DNA of 64,000 nucleotides from Escherichia coli (GTDB lineage Bacteria; Pseudomonadota; Gammaproteobacteria; Enterobacterales; Enterobacteriaceae): NCBI RefSeq assembly GCF_003334355.1, contig NZ_QOWP01000001.1; one strand, 5' to 3'. Shown piece by piece: positions 1 to 10,262 of this stretch (position 1 is its first letter; each line of letters starts with the position of its first letter). The notes under the pieces were generated by a model. It saw only the letters and a program-made list of their open reading frames with translations, ran no database searches and was not told where the DNA came from. The position numbers and the translations under genes were made by a program.

Positions 1-332
1 GATTCACCATTACAGGTAGCACCAGTTACCCGCTGGCTTCCGCCCAGGGTCAGATAACCCGTTTTCGTAGGAACAGGTTCTGGCTCCGGTTCTGGTGTTG
101 GTTCAGGATCAGGTATCGGTTCTGGCGTAGGCTCTGGGTCCGGCGTTGGCTCAGGCGTCGGCTCCGGGTTTGGTGTTGGATCAGGTTTCACTTCCGGCAA
201 AGACCCTGTTCCAGAATCTACAGGCGGCGTATCGGAGGAAGATCCGGAACCACCGCCATCACAACCGGCTAACAGGGTTGCGCTCAAAATAGCCGCTAAA
301 AGCGATTTCTTATATTTAAATTTCTTATTCAT
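1..332 (-). CDS. sslE: SslE/YghJ secreted lipoprotein (mucinase-type metalloprotease), 5' part only; gene continues beyond window start
   Basis: Reverse-strand ATG at 330-332 gives [24 protein letters not shown] (signal peptide plus lipobox LAGC) followed by a Pro/Glu/Thr-rich linker ([17 protein letters not shown]...). Matches remembered YghJ N-terminus; adjacent to glcA as in E. coli. Confidence 0.8.
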   Translation of the reverse strand, partial: MNKKFKYKKSLLAAILSATLLAGCDGGGSGSSSDTPPVDSGTGSLPEVKPDPTPNPEPTPEPTPDPEPTPEPIPDPEPTPEPEPEPVPTKTGYLTLGGSQRVTGATCNGE

Positions 333-780
333 TAATAACGCAAGTGACAAAACAATGTTAAAAAATTCGTAACTGGGAGAAATAGTTTTATGCTTTATCT
401 TCTCTAATAACTTCCTCCATTCTTAAGAAAACGACATCATTGATAGAAAACAGGTGAAATTTATAAGAATAACTCCTATACGATGTCTATCTGGCTATTT
501 TTACGAAATTTCAACAAACAAAAAATTAACAACATTTCACAACGTAACTATATAAATTTGTTGGTAGTTTTAACGATTAAGATTGCAAAAGCAACAGATA
601 GAACGGTGTTTGCTCATCAAGCGAACATAATTAATACAGACTTGTTTTGCGTGATAAAAAAATAGATGTTCTCACGCTCTTAATTATTTAGCAGGTTATC
701 TGAACGCAAAACATTATTGCTGCATGGATAATAAAGCGAGAAATGATTTTCAATTAATAAGACAGAATAATGTAAATGAA

Positions 781-814
781 GCCGGATGATATTAACGATC
801 ATCCGGCTTTATTG
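781..814 (-). terminator. Putative intrinsic terminator downstream of glcA
   Basis: Inverted repeat gccggatgat...atcatccggc (781-807) immediately after the glcA stop, flanked by T/A-rich sequence. Confidence 0.4.
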
Positions 815-816
815 AT

Positions 817-2499
817 TTACGAGACTAACATCCCGGTAAACACATACGCCTGCAGCAGGGTGATAATGCCGATAACGCTGGCAAAAATCAGACTGTGCTT
901 CACGGTGTAGCGGAACAGTTCAGATTCTCGGCCCACCATGCCCGTCGCGGCGCAGGCCACGGCGATAGATTGCGGGGAGATCATCTTGCCAGTTACGCCG
1001 CCGCTGGTGTTTGCTGCCACCAGCAGGGTGTCAGAGACGTTGATTTGCTGCGCCGTGGTCGATTGCAGTGAACCAAACAGGGCGTTAGAGGAGGTGTCCG
1101 AGCCGGTAAGGAATACGCCCAGCCAGCCGAGAAACGGTGAGAAGAACGGGAACATCACGCCTGTACCTGCCAGTACCAGCGCCAGCGTGGTGGACATGCC
1201 AGAATAGTTGGTGACGAAGGCGAACGCCAGCACCATGCCAATCGACAGTATCGGCCACTTCAAGCTAATTAGCGTTTCGGCAAAGACGCCAATACCTTTC
1301 TTGATCCCCACACCGAGGATGAAGATAGAGATAATCGCCGCAATAAAAATAGCGGTGCCGCCAGCCGAGAGGGGGTCGAATTTAAACACCGCATCCATTG
1401 GCGTTGGTTGGGCGACAATGGGTGCCGCTTTCAACACTTGTTGATGCAAATGAGGGATCTGGAAATTAATCACCAGTGAATAAAACGCGCCGCCCGGAGC
1501 AAATAACGCTTTAAACGGCTTCATGGTCCAGATGGTGACCAGCACCGTTAAGATTAAAAACGGTGACCACGCTCGAATGATTTGCCCCAGACTATATTCT
1601 GAAGGCACGGGACCGCCAGAAGATGGCTTATTTACCACCATCGCACCTGCGGATTGTCCCATGCTGATTGCCGTTTCGGTATTTTTCGGCCGCCAGACTT
1701 TAAGGAATAAAGCGAGTGAGACGATACTCACCAGCGCCGAAGTAATATCCGGCAGTTCCGGACCAATATAGTTAGAGGTAAAGAACTGAGTGACAGCGAA
1801 GCTTCCCCCAGCAACCAGCGCCGCTGGCCACGTCTCTTTCACCCCTTTCCAGCCGTCCATCATTGCTACCAGCCAGAACGGCACAAGAACCGACAGGAAC
1901 GGTAACTGACGTCCCGCCATTGCGCCAATGTGGAACGGATCGATTCCCGTTACCTGACCGGCGACCAGAATCGGCACGCCCAACGCACCAAACGCCACCG
2001 GCGCAGTATTGGCAATCAGACACAGCCCCGCCGCGTATAACGGTTTGAAGCCCAGGCCCACCAGCAGCGCACCGGTAATCGCCACCGGCGCACCAAAGCC
2101 AGCCGCTCCTTCCAGCAACGCACCAAAGGAGAAACCAATCAGTAACACCTGCAAACGCTGATCGTCGGTGATGGAGATAACCGAGCTGCGGATAATATCG
2201 AACTGCCCGCTGGCAACGGTTAATTTATACAGGAACACCGCCGCGACAATAATCCACGCTATTGGCCATAATCCATAAATAAAGCCATAGCCCGCAGCAG
2301 CAAATGCCATATCAATCGGCATTTTAAAGGCGAATATTGCAATCAGGATAGATAATATAAGGGTTATTGCTCCAGCGACATGTCCTTTCAGACGTAATAC
2401 CGCGAGTGCAACGAAGAAGAATATTATCGGGATCAGGGCGACCAGAGCGGATAGCCCCAGTCCTCCCATCGGCATATACATTTGGGTCCAGGTAACCAT
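817..2499 (-). CDS. glcA: Glycolate/lactate permease (LctP family)
   Basis: 560-aa polytopic membrane ORF starting [29 protein letters not shown]; matches remembered GlcA; position downstream of glcB. Confidence 0.95.
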   Translation of the reverse strand: MVTWTQMYMPMGGLGLSALVALIPIIFFFVALAVLRLKGHVAGAITLILSILIAIFAFKMPIDMAFAAAGYGFIYGLWPIAWIIVAAVFLYKLTVASGQFDIIRSSVISITDDQRLQVLLIGFSFGALLEGAAGFGAPVAITGALLVGLGFKPLYAAGLCLIANTAPVAFGALGVPILVAGQVTGIDPFHIGAMAGRQLPFLSVLVPFWLVAMMDGWKGVKETWPAALVAGGSFAVTQFFTSNYIGPELPDITSALVSIVSLALFLKVWRPKNTETAISMGQSAGAMVVNKPSSGGPVPSEYSLGQIIRAWSPFLILTVLVTIWTMKPFKALFAPGGAFYSLVINFQIPHLHQQVLKAAPIVAQPTPMDAVFKFDPLSAGGTAIFIAAIISIFILGVGIKKGIGVFAETLISLKWPILSIGMVLAFAFVTNYSGMSTTLALVLAGTGVMFPFFSPFLGWLGVFLTGSDTSSNALFGSLQSTTAQQINVSDTLLVAANTSGGVTGKMISPQSIAVACAATGMVGRESELFRYTVKHSLIFASVIGIITLLQAYVFTGMLVS

Positions 2500-2853
2500 A
2501 TTGTTCAGTCTCTTATTATCTTTATATGCTTGATATACTTAAGGTTGTAATAAGCAAAAGAGGACTGAACTGTAAAATATAGGCGTTATACTTTACAGCA
2601 ACAGTACGCCGCTAACGCAATTGCTACCTCTGGCATAACAAGTATATCGGGTAAGGGTTTCTGTTCCGCACACGCAGACGCAGAGTATCGTTAAGATGTC
2701 CATATTGTTGTTTTAGGCCCGCTAGTAATGCGCTACGGGTATTTAATATTGTTAAACCCTGATAATCGCTCCGGTTATTTCCGGGATAAATGTACTACCG
2801 CAGTTACTATCATAGCCCCGACAATAAAACTTGCCGGGGCTTTTTTGACGCTA

Positions 2854-5025
2854 TTAATGACTTTCTTTTTCGCGTAAACGCCAGGCGTGTAATAACGGTT
2901 CGGTATAGCCGTTTGGCTGTTTCACGCCGAGGAAGATTAAATCGCTGGCAGCTTTAAAAGCACACGAGTTAGCGAAATTCCCCGCCATCGGACGATAAGC
3001 CGGATCGCCAGCGTTTTGCTGATCAACCACTTTCGCCATATTCTCCAGCGACGCCTGCACCTGTTCTTTGGTCAGAATACCGTGACGTAACCAGTTGGCG
3101 ATATGCTGGCTGGAGATACGCAGCGTTGCGCGGTCTTCCATCAACGCCACATTGTGAATATCCGGCACTTTTGAACAACCAATCCCCTGCTCCACCCAGC
3201 GCACCACGTACCCCAGAATCCCCTGCACGTTGTTATCCAGCTCTTGTTGGATCTCTTGCGCCGACCAGTTAGCGTTTTCAGCAACCGGAATAGTCAGCAG
3301 ATCGTCCAGCAGCGGTTCAAATTCAGCATTGAACTCGGTCTGGGCAATGTTGGCTTGTACGCTCTGTACGTTGGTTTGGTGGTAGTGCAGCGCATGGAGC
3401 GTAGCAGCGGTTGGTGACGGAACCCAGGCTGTGTTTGCCCCGGCACGCAGTTGGTCGCCCTTCTGGCTGTACATGTCTGCCATCAGGTCCGGCATTGCCC
3501 ACATGCCTTTACCAATTTGCGCTTTACCGCGCAGCCCACAGAACAGACCGGAAAGCACGTTATTACGCTCGTAGGCTTTGATCCAAGGCGTCGATTTCAT
3601 CTGATTTTTACGCAGCATCGGGCCAGCTTCCATCACCGAATGCATTTCATCGCCGGTACGGTCGAGGAAACCGGTATTGATGAACGCCACGCGGTTGCGC
3701 GCCTGAGCGATACAGCTACGCAAGTTCAGCGAGGTCCGACGTTCTTCATCCATAATGCCCATTTTCAGGGTATTCGGTGCCATACCGAGCATTGTCTCAA
3801 TGCGGGTAAACAGTTTGTTGGCGAACGCCACTTCCTGCGGACCGTGCATTTTCGGTTTCACAATATAGACGCTGCCAGTGCGCGAGTTTTTCTGCACTTT
3901 TAAATCATAGAGGGCAATCGCGCCAGTCATGACGCCATCAAGAATGCCTTCCGGGATTTCATTGCCTTCGCTGTCCCAAATCACAGGAATGGTCATCAAA
4001 TGACCCACGTTGCGGATAAACAGCAGCGAGCGTCCGTGCAGAGAAATTTCAGAGCCATCGGCGGCGGTGTAATGACGATCGTCATTCAGTTTACGCACGA
4101 TTTGCCGACCGTTTTTCTCCATTTTCTCTTGCAGAGTCCCCTGCATCAGGCCCAGCAGGTTGCGGTACAGCAGGATTTTATCTTCCGCATCAACCGCCGC
4201 GACCGAATCTTCGCAGTCGAGAATGGTACTGATAGCAGCTTCGACGATAACATCGTTGATGTGCGCCGGATCGTCTTTGCCAATCCGCCCATTGGCATCG
4301 ATTTGCAGCTCAATATGCAGGCCGTTATTTTTCAGCAAAATGCAGGTCGGCGCAGCGGCATCGCCACGGTAACCGACAAACTGTGCTGGAGTACGTAACG
4401 TGGTTTCTTTACCATTTTTCAACTGGATGCGTAATTGTTTATCAACCACCTTAAACGCCACCACATCCTGATAGCTGCCGTTTTCCAGCGGTAGAGATTC
4501 ATCGAGGAAACGCCGAACCCAGGCGATAACCTGCTCACCGCGTTGCGGATCGTAGCCGCTGACCATCGCCCCTTCCTGCGGGATGATGTCGCTGCCGTAT
4601 AACGCATCGTACAGTGAGCCCCAGCGAGCGTTCGCCGCGTTCAGCGCGTAGCGGGCGTTCATTGCCGGAACCACCAGCTGCGGCCCCGCCTGGCTGGTGA
4701 TTTCGCTGTCAATGCCCGTGGTTTCCACCGTCACGCGCTCCGGTTGCGGCACCAGGTAGCCCAGTTCACGCAGGAAAGATTTATAGGCCGCTTTATCTTT
4801 TACCGGCCCCGGATTGCTGCGATGCCACTCATCAAGCGCTGCCTGAATGCGATCGCGTTCTGCCAGCAACTGACGATTTTCTGGTGCCAGATCATGAACG
4901 ATCTCATCAAAATTGCGCCAGAACGCCGCAGCGTCCAGCCCTGTTCCCGGTAAAACTTCTTCATCCACAAAACGTTTAAAATTGGCGTCAATGCGTAAAC
5001 GGCTCTGGGTTATGGTTTGACTCAT
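2854..5025 (-). CDS. glcB: Malate synthase G
   Basis: 723-aa ORF starting [31 protein letters not shown]; length and sequence match malate synthase G. Confidence 0.97.
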
Positions 5026-5046
5026 TGTTTATCTCCTCGTTTTCGC

Positions 5047-5451
5047 TTATTTCGCCAACACCGCTGCTGCCGCTTTCGCGACCTGCGCATCCTGTGCTCC
5101 GGTTAAACCAGAAACGCCCACGGCACCAATAATTTGCCCATCCACAACAACCGGTACGCCGCCTTCCAGCGACGTTAATAACGGCGCAGTCACGAACGCG
5201 GTACGTCCGTTGTTCACCATCTCTTCATAGCCCTTAGTTTCACGACGCCCCAGCGCGGCGGTACGCGCTTTCTCCTGGGAGATATAAGCCGCAATCGGCG
5301 CGCAATCGTCCATGCGACTTAACGCCAGCAGATGACCGCCGTCATCGGCAACAGCAATGGAAACAGACCAGTTATTTTTCTGCGCCTCTTCCTGACCTGC
5401 GGCAATAATTGCACTCGCCATTTGCTGGCTAAGAATGACTTTAGTTTTCAT
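5047..5451 (-). CDS. glcG: GlcG, heme-binding-like protein of the glc operon
   Basis: ORF track starts at a TTG (5469); internal ATG at 5449-5451 gives MKTKVILSQQMASAIIAAGQEEA, 134 aa, which avoids overlap with the glcF stop at 5456. Confidence 0.88.
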   Translation of the reverse strand: MKTKVILSQQMASAIIAAGQEEAQKNNWSVSIAVADDGGHLLALSRMDDCAPIAAYISQEKARTAALGRRETKGYEEMVNNGRTAFVTAPLLTSLEGGVPVVVDGQIIGAVGVSGLTGAQDAQVAKAAAAVLAK

Positions 5452-5455
5452 TTTG

Positions 5456-6679
5456 TTATTCCTTTTCAAGGGCTTGTTCTACAATTTCAATCCAGTGACG
5501 CACAGAGGTACGACCGGCGCTCGCCAGATGCGTCTGGCAACCAATGTTGGCGGTGACGATCATTTCCGGTTTGCCGCTTTCCAGCGCATTCATTTTGTTA
5601 TCCCGCAGCTGGCGTGCCAGATCGGGATGCGTTAACGCATATGTTCCCGCTGAACCGCAGCACAGATGGCTGTCGGGAACGTCCGTTAAGGTAAATCCAA
5701 GACGAAGCAACACTTTTTCCACTTCGCCGTTCAGCTTTTGCGCATGTTGTAGGGTACACGGACAGTGGAAGGCCAGCTTTTTATCGCCGCGAATTGCCAG
5801 TTTTTCCAGCGGTTCCTCGCGCAGAAGTTCGACTAAATCGACCGCCAGTTCACTGACCTGACGCGCTTTATCGGCATATAACGCATCGTTTTTCAGCATC
5901 TGCCCATACTCTTTGACAAACGCGCCGCAGCCGCTGGCGGTTTGCAAAATTGCCTCGGCACCTGCTTCAATCGCGGGCCACCAGGCATCAATATTATTGC
6001 GCGCCCGTGCCAGCCCTTTCTCCTGCGCATTAAGATGATAGTCCACCGCGCCACAACAGCCTGCTTCGTTAGCTGGCATGACGCTGATCCCCAGACGATC
6101 CAGCACTCGCGCAGTTGCCGCGTTGGTGTTGGGCGAAAGCGTAGGCTGGGCGCAGCCTTCCAACATTAAAACCCGACGCTTATGGCGCAGCGGCGGACGC
6201 GGTTTAGCTTTCACCGTTTCAGCAGGCAGTTTTGCTCTGACCTGTTCCGGTAAAAACGGTCGCAGCACCAGCCCTACCTGCGTCAGCGCACGGAAGACCG
6301 CCGGACGCGGCACTACCTGGCGCAATCCTTCGCGCAGTATTCGCTCCGGCAGTGGGCGTTTCACTTTCTGCTCGACAATATCACGCCCGATATCCAGCAA
6401 ATTGTGATAGCGCACACCAGAAGGACAGGTGGTTTCACAATTACGGCAAGTGAGGCAGCGATCGAGATGCTCCTGTGTTTTAAGCGTGACTTCGTTGCCT
6501 TCCAGCACCTGTTTAATCAGATAGATGCGCCCGCGCGGCCCGTCCAGTTCATCGCCCAGAATCTGATAGGTTGGGCAGGTTGCGGTACAAAATCCGCAGT
6601 GAACACAGGCGCGCAGGATGCTGTCGGCTTCCAGCGCGCGCGCGTTCTGCCGCATCTCTTCAGTTAATTGGGTTTGCAT
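5456..6679 (-). CDS. glcF: Glycolate oxidase iron-sulfur subunit
   Basis: ATG at 6677-6679 gives MQTQLTEEMRQNARALEADSILRACVHCGFCTATCPTYQ with two CxxCxxCxxxCP Fe-S motifs; 407 aa. Track N-terminal extension trimmed. Confidence 0.92.
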   Translation of the reverse strand: MQTQLTEEMRQNARALEADSILRACVHCGFCTATCPTYQILGDELDGPRGRIYLIKQVLEGNEVTLKTQEHLDRCLTCRNCETTCPSGVRYHNLLDIGRDIVEQKVKRPLPERILREGLRQVVPRPAVFRALTQVGLVLRPFLPEQVRAKLPAETVKAKPRPPLRHKRRVLMLEGCAQPTLSPNTNAATARVLDRLGISVMPANEAGCCGAVDYHLNAQEKGLARARNNIDAWWPAIEAGAEAILQTASGCGAFVKEYGQMLKNDALYADKARQVSELAVDLVELLREEPLEKLAIRGDKKLAFHCPCTLQHAQKLNGEVEKVLLRLGFTLTDVPDSHLCCGSAGTYALTHPDLARQLRDNKMNALESGKPEMIVTANIGCQTHLASAGRTSVRHWIEIVEQALEKE

Positions 6680-6689
6680 AGCCTGCTCC

Positions 6690-7742
6690 TCAAAGTTCCG
6701 CGTACATGCGACCGGGGTTAAACACGCCGCAAGGGTCGAGCTGCTGTTTAAGCTGCTGGTGATAGCGGAATAAAGGAGCCGATAGCGGGGCAAAGCCACC
6801 ATCTCCGGCACTAAAGCGGGTCGCATGACCGCCAGCGTTGCGGGCGATGCGATGGATTTGATTGTCCTCGGCTGTCGATTTCAGCCAGCGTAACGCCCCG
6901 CCCCAGTCGATCAGTTGCTCGCCGGGTAAATCCATCATCGGCGCATCACTGGGTAATGAAATGCGCCATAAGGTACCTGGTAACGAGAAGAACGGCAGTT
7001 GTTGTTCACGCAATTGCTGCCAGAACTGACCGGCAACCTCTTCGCCACCCAGCAGTTCACGCGCTGCTTTTACCGATCCTTCGCCGCCCTCAAGGCGGAT
7101 CCACAACGCATTGTCGAAGTAACATAAGCCACTAATGGGTAATGGCTGGAGTTGCCACTCGGCGATTTCACTCATGGCTTCTTGCAGGCTGATTTCCCGA
7201 CGCAGGCTCAGGGAGGCGCGCGGTCGCGGTAACACTTTCATTGAGATTTCAGTGAGCACGCCAAGACAACCGTAGCTTCCGACCATTAACCGTGAGAGAT
7301 CGTATCCGGCAACGTTTTTCATCACTTCGCCACCAAAACGCAGATGTTTTCCAGCGCCGGTAATGATGCGCGTGCCGAGGACAAAATCGCGGACCGAACC
7401 GCTCCACGGGCGACGCGGCCCCGCCAGCCCGCAGGCGACCATCCCGCCCCAGGTGGCTTCTTCACCATAATGCGGCGGCTCACAGGGGAGCATTTGCCCC
7501 GCGCTTTCCAGCGCCGCTTCAATTGTCACCAGCGGCGTTCCGACACGCGCGGTTATCACCAGCTCGGTCGGGTCGTAATTAACAATGCCGCGATGACAAC
7601 GAACATCCAGCGTTTGCCCGGTGACAGGGCGACCTAAAAAGGCTTTGCTATTGCTGCCCTGAATCACCAGCGGCGTTTTATCGCTAATCGCCTGATTCAC
7701 CTGCTCCAGCAGCGCCTGGCTGTAATCACACTCGCGTAGCAT
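6690..7742 (-). CDS. glcE: Glycolate oxidase FAD-binding subunit
   Basis: 350-aa ORF MLRECDYSQALLEQVNQAISDKTPLVIQGSNSKAF; stop/start junction with glcD at 7742. Confidence 0.93.
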   Translation of the reverse strand: MLRECDYSQALLEQVNQAISDKTPLVIQGSNSKAFLGRPVTGQTLDVRCHRGIVNYDPTELVITARVGTPLVTIEAALESAGQMLPCEPPHYGEEATWGGMVACGLAGPRRPWSGSVRDFVLGTRIITGAGKHLRFGGEVMKNVAGYDLSRLMVGSYGCLGVLTEISMKVLPRPRASLSLRREISLQEAMSEIAEWQLQPLPISGLCYFDNALWIRLEGGEGSVKAARELLGGEEVAGQFWQQLREQQLPFFSLPGTLWRISLPSDAPMMDLPGEQLIDWGGALRWLKSTAEDNQIHRIARNAGGHATRFSAGDGGFAPLSAPLFRYHQQLKQQLDPCGVFNPGRMYAEL

Positions 7743-9241
7743 CAGAAACGCTCCAGTTCAGGGAAAGGTAAATGACCGTGATGCACATGCATGGCACCAA
7801 ATTCAGCACAGCGGTGTAGCGTGGGAATGTTTTTCCCAGGGTTCAGCAAACCATCGGGGTCAAACGCCGCCTTGACCGCATAGAAGGTCGTGATTTCATC
7901 GCTGTTGAACTGGGCGCACATTTGATTGATTTTTTCTCGCCCGATGCCATGTTCGCCACTGATGCTGCCGCCAACTTCAACGCAGAGTTCGAGGATCTTC
8001 CCGCCCAGCTCTTCCGCGCGGTCAAATTCACCGGGTTCGTTGGCATCGAAAAGGATTAACGGGTGCATGTTGCCATCTCCGGCATGAAAGACGTTGGCAA
8101 CACGTAAATCATATTGCTGCGATAAACGGGCAATGCCTTCCAGTACGCCAGGCAGGGCGCGACGCGGGATGGTGCCATCCATGCAGTAGTAATCCGGGGA
8201 GATACGTCCTACCGCCGGGAACGCATTTTTGCGACCGGCCCAGAAACGTACGCGCTCTGCTTCGTCCTGTGCCAGACGGACGTCAGTCGCGCCCGCTTTC
8301 AACAAGATGTCGTTAACCCGCTCGCAGTCTTCCTGTACGTCAGACTCCACGCCGTCCAGCTCGCATAACAAAATCGCTTCGGCGTCGACGGGATAACCGG
8401 CATGAATAAAATCTTCCGCCGCGCGGATCGACAGGTTATCCATCATCTCCAGCCCGCCGGGGATAATGCCATTGGCGATGATGTCACCAACCGCAAGTCC
8501 GGCTTTTTCTACCGAGTCAAAGCTGGCTAACAGAACCCGCGCCACGGGCGGCTTCGGCAGCAGTTTTACCGTCACTTCGGTGGTCACGCCGAGCATACCT
8601 TCCGATCCGGTGAACAGCGCCAGCAGGTCAAAACCAGGTGAATCCAGCGCGTCCGATCCCAGCGTCAGTGCCTCGCCGTCCAGCGTTTGCACTTCAATTT
8701 TCAGCAGGTTATGTACGGTCAGACCATATTTCAGGCAGTGGACGCCGCCGGCATTTTCAGCCACATTGCCGCCAATGGAACAGGCGATTTGTGAGGAAGG
8801 GTCCGGTGCGTAGTAGAGATTATGCGGTGCAACGGCCTGGGAGATCGCCAGGTTACGCACGCCTGGCTGCACGCGCGCGCGGCGACCAACGGGGTTAATG
8901 TCGAGGATCTCTTTAAAGCGCGCCATCACCAACAACACACCTTTTTCCAGCGGCAGCGCGCCACCAGAAAGCCCGGTGCCTGCACCACGGGTCACCACCG
9001 GTACACGCAGGCGATGGCAGACAGCCAGAATCGCTGTCACCTGTTCCATTTGCTTAGGCAGAACAACCAGTAATGGACGCGTGCGATACGCGCTCAACCC
9101 GTCACACTCGTAAGGAATGATCTCCTCATCGGTATGCAGGATCTCAAGTCCAGGGACATGCTCACGCAGTGCCATCAGTACCGATGTGCGGTCGACATCG
9201 GGTAAAGCGCCATCAAGACGCTCTTCGTACAAGATGCTCAT
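7742..9241 (-). CDS. glcD: Glycolate oxidase subunit GlcD (FAD-linked oxidase)
   Basis: 499-aa ORF MSILYEERLDGALPDVDRTSVLMALREHVPGLEILHTDEEI; FAD-binding PCMH-type domain sequence. Confidence 0.95.
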   Translation of the reverse strand: MSILYEERLDGALPDVDRTSVLMALREHVPGLEILHTDEEIIPYECDGLSAYRTRPLLVVLPKQMEQVTAILAVCHRLRVPVVTRGAGTGLSGGALPLEKGVLLVMARFKEILDINPVGRRARVQPGVRNLAISQAVAPHNLYYAPDPSSQIACSIGGNVAENAGGVHCLKYGLTVHNLLKIEVQTLDGEALTLGSDALDSPGFDLLALFTGSEGMLGVTTEVTVKLLPKPPVARVLLASFDSVEKAGLAVGDIIANGIIPGGLEMMDNLSIRAAEDFIHAGYPVDAEAILLCELDGVESDVQEDCERVNDILLKAGATDVRLAQDEAERVRFWAGRKNAFPAVGRISPDYYCMDGTIPRRALPGVLEGIARLSQQYDLRVANVFHAGDGNMHPLILFDANEPGEFDRAEELGGKILELCVEVGGSISGEHGIGREKINQMCAQFNSDEITTFYAVKAAFDPDGLLNPGKNIPTLHRCAEFGAMHVHHGHLPFPELERF

Positions 9242-9491
9242 GAGTAGGCTTCGCTTTGTTGTGTTGTGTGGCAGCTGATTTTTGCGCGCTGCTTCTGTGA
9301 ACAGTTATTAAGCGGGCTTTTCGTTTTCGTCTATCTCTTTAGCTACCGGTCAGACCATTTTTTTTCCAGCTCTGTGACCTTGTCTTGGTTAACTCAATGT
9401 TAAATTGATGTAACATAATCACTTACGTGATGTGCGTGTTTTGCGAGTTAAGAACAGAAAAATTGGTCCTACCTGTGCACGAGGTCCGGGA
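9242..9491. promoter_or_regulatory. Divergent glcD / glcC promoter-operator region
   Basis: 250-bp non-coding spacer between divergently oriented glcD (minus) and glcC (plus) starts; the operon is known to be GlcC-regulated. No individual sites mapped here. Confidence 0.5.
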
Positions 9492-10256
9492 ATGAAAGAT
9501 GAACGTCGCCCTATTTGCGAAGTGGTTGCAGAGAGTATCGAACGGTTAATTATCGACGGCGTACTGAAGGTCGGTCAGCCGCTTCCCTCGGAACGTCGAC
9601 TGTGTGAAAAGCTCGGCTTCTCACGCTCCGCACTGCGTGAAGGGCTGACCGTGCTGCGCGGGCGCGGGATTATTGAAACGGCGCAGGGTCGCGATTCTCG
9701 TGTCGCACGGCTTAATCGGGTGCAGGACACCAGCCCGCTGATCCATCTGTTCAGTACGCAGCCGCGAACGCTGTACGATCTGCTCGACGTTCGCGCATTA
9801 CTGGAGGGCGAATCGGCAAGGCTGGCGGCAACGCTGGGAACGCAGGCTGATTTTGTTGTGATAACCCGCTGTTATGAAAAAATGCTCGCCGCCAGTGAGA
9901 ACAACAAAGAGATTTCGCTGATCGAACATGCGCAGTTGGATCACGCTTTCCATCTCGCCATTTGTCAGGCTTCTCACAATCAGGTGCTGGTGTTTACGCT
10001 GCAATCATTGACCGATCTGATGTTTAATTCAGTGTTTGCCAGCGTAAATAATCTCTACCATCGACCACAGCAAAAAAAGCAGATCGATCGCCAGCATGCG
10101 CGGATCTACAACGCGGTGTTGCAGCGGCTGCCGCACGTCGCCCAGCGCGCAGCACGCGATCATGTGCGGACCGTGAAAAAGAATCTCCACGATATCGAGC
10201 TGGAAGGCCACCATTTGATTCGCTCGGCGGTGCCGCTGGAGATGAACCTGAGTTAG
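9492..10256 (+). CDS. glcC: Glycolate operon transcriptional activator (GntR/FadR family)
   Basis: ATG at 9492 gives MKDERRPICEVVAESIERLIIDGVLKVGQPLPSERRLCEKLGFSRSALREGL (wHTH of GntR type), 254 aa. Track extension trimmed. Confidence 0.93.
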   Translation: MKDERRPICEVVAESIERLIIDGVLKVGQPLPSERRLCEKLGFSRSALREGLTVLRGRGIIETAQGRDSRVARLNRVQDTSPLIHLFSTQPRTLYDLLDVRALLEGESARLAATLGTQADFVVITRCYEKMLAASENNKEISLIEHAQLDHAFHLAICQASHNQVLVFTLQSLTDLMFNSVFASVNNLYHRPQQKKQIDRQHARIYNAVLQRLPHVAQRAARDHVRTVKKNLHDIELEGHHLIRSAVPLEMNLS

Positions 10257-10262
10257 CTGGTA

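Noticed and set aside
483-665. 60-aa ORF in the AT-rich region upstream of sslE
   Set aside because: Low-complexity, AT-rich, no ribosome-binding site or recognisable fold; lies in a probable promoter region. Most likely a chance ORF.
3451-4398. 150-aa and 132-aa ORFs antisense to glcB
   Set aside because: Shadow ORFs inside malate synthase G.
5456-6826. ORF-track N-terminal extensions (glcF 456 aa shown here; also glcG, glcC, gss, yghU, hybF, hybE, yqhA, yqhC, yqhD, metC, ygiS, ygiW)
   Set aside because: The track uses the most upstream TTG/GTG/ATG. The known proteins start at internal ATGs that avoid overlap with neighbours, so the extensions were trimmed.
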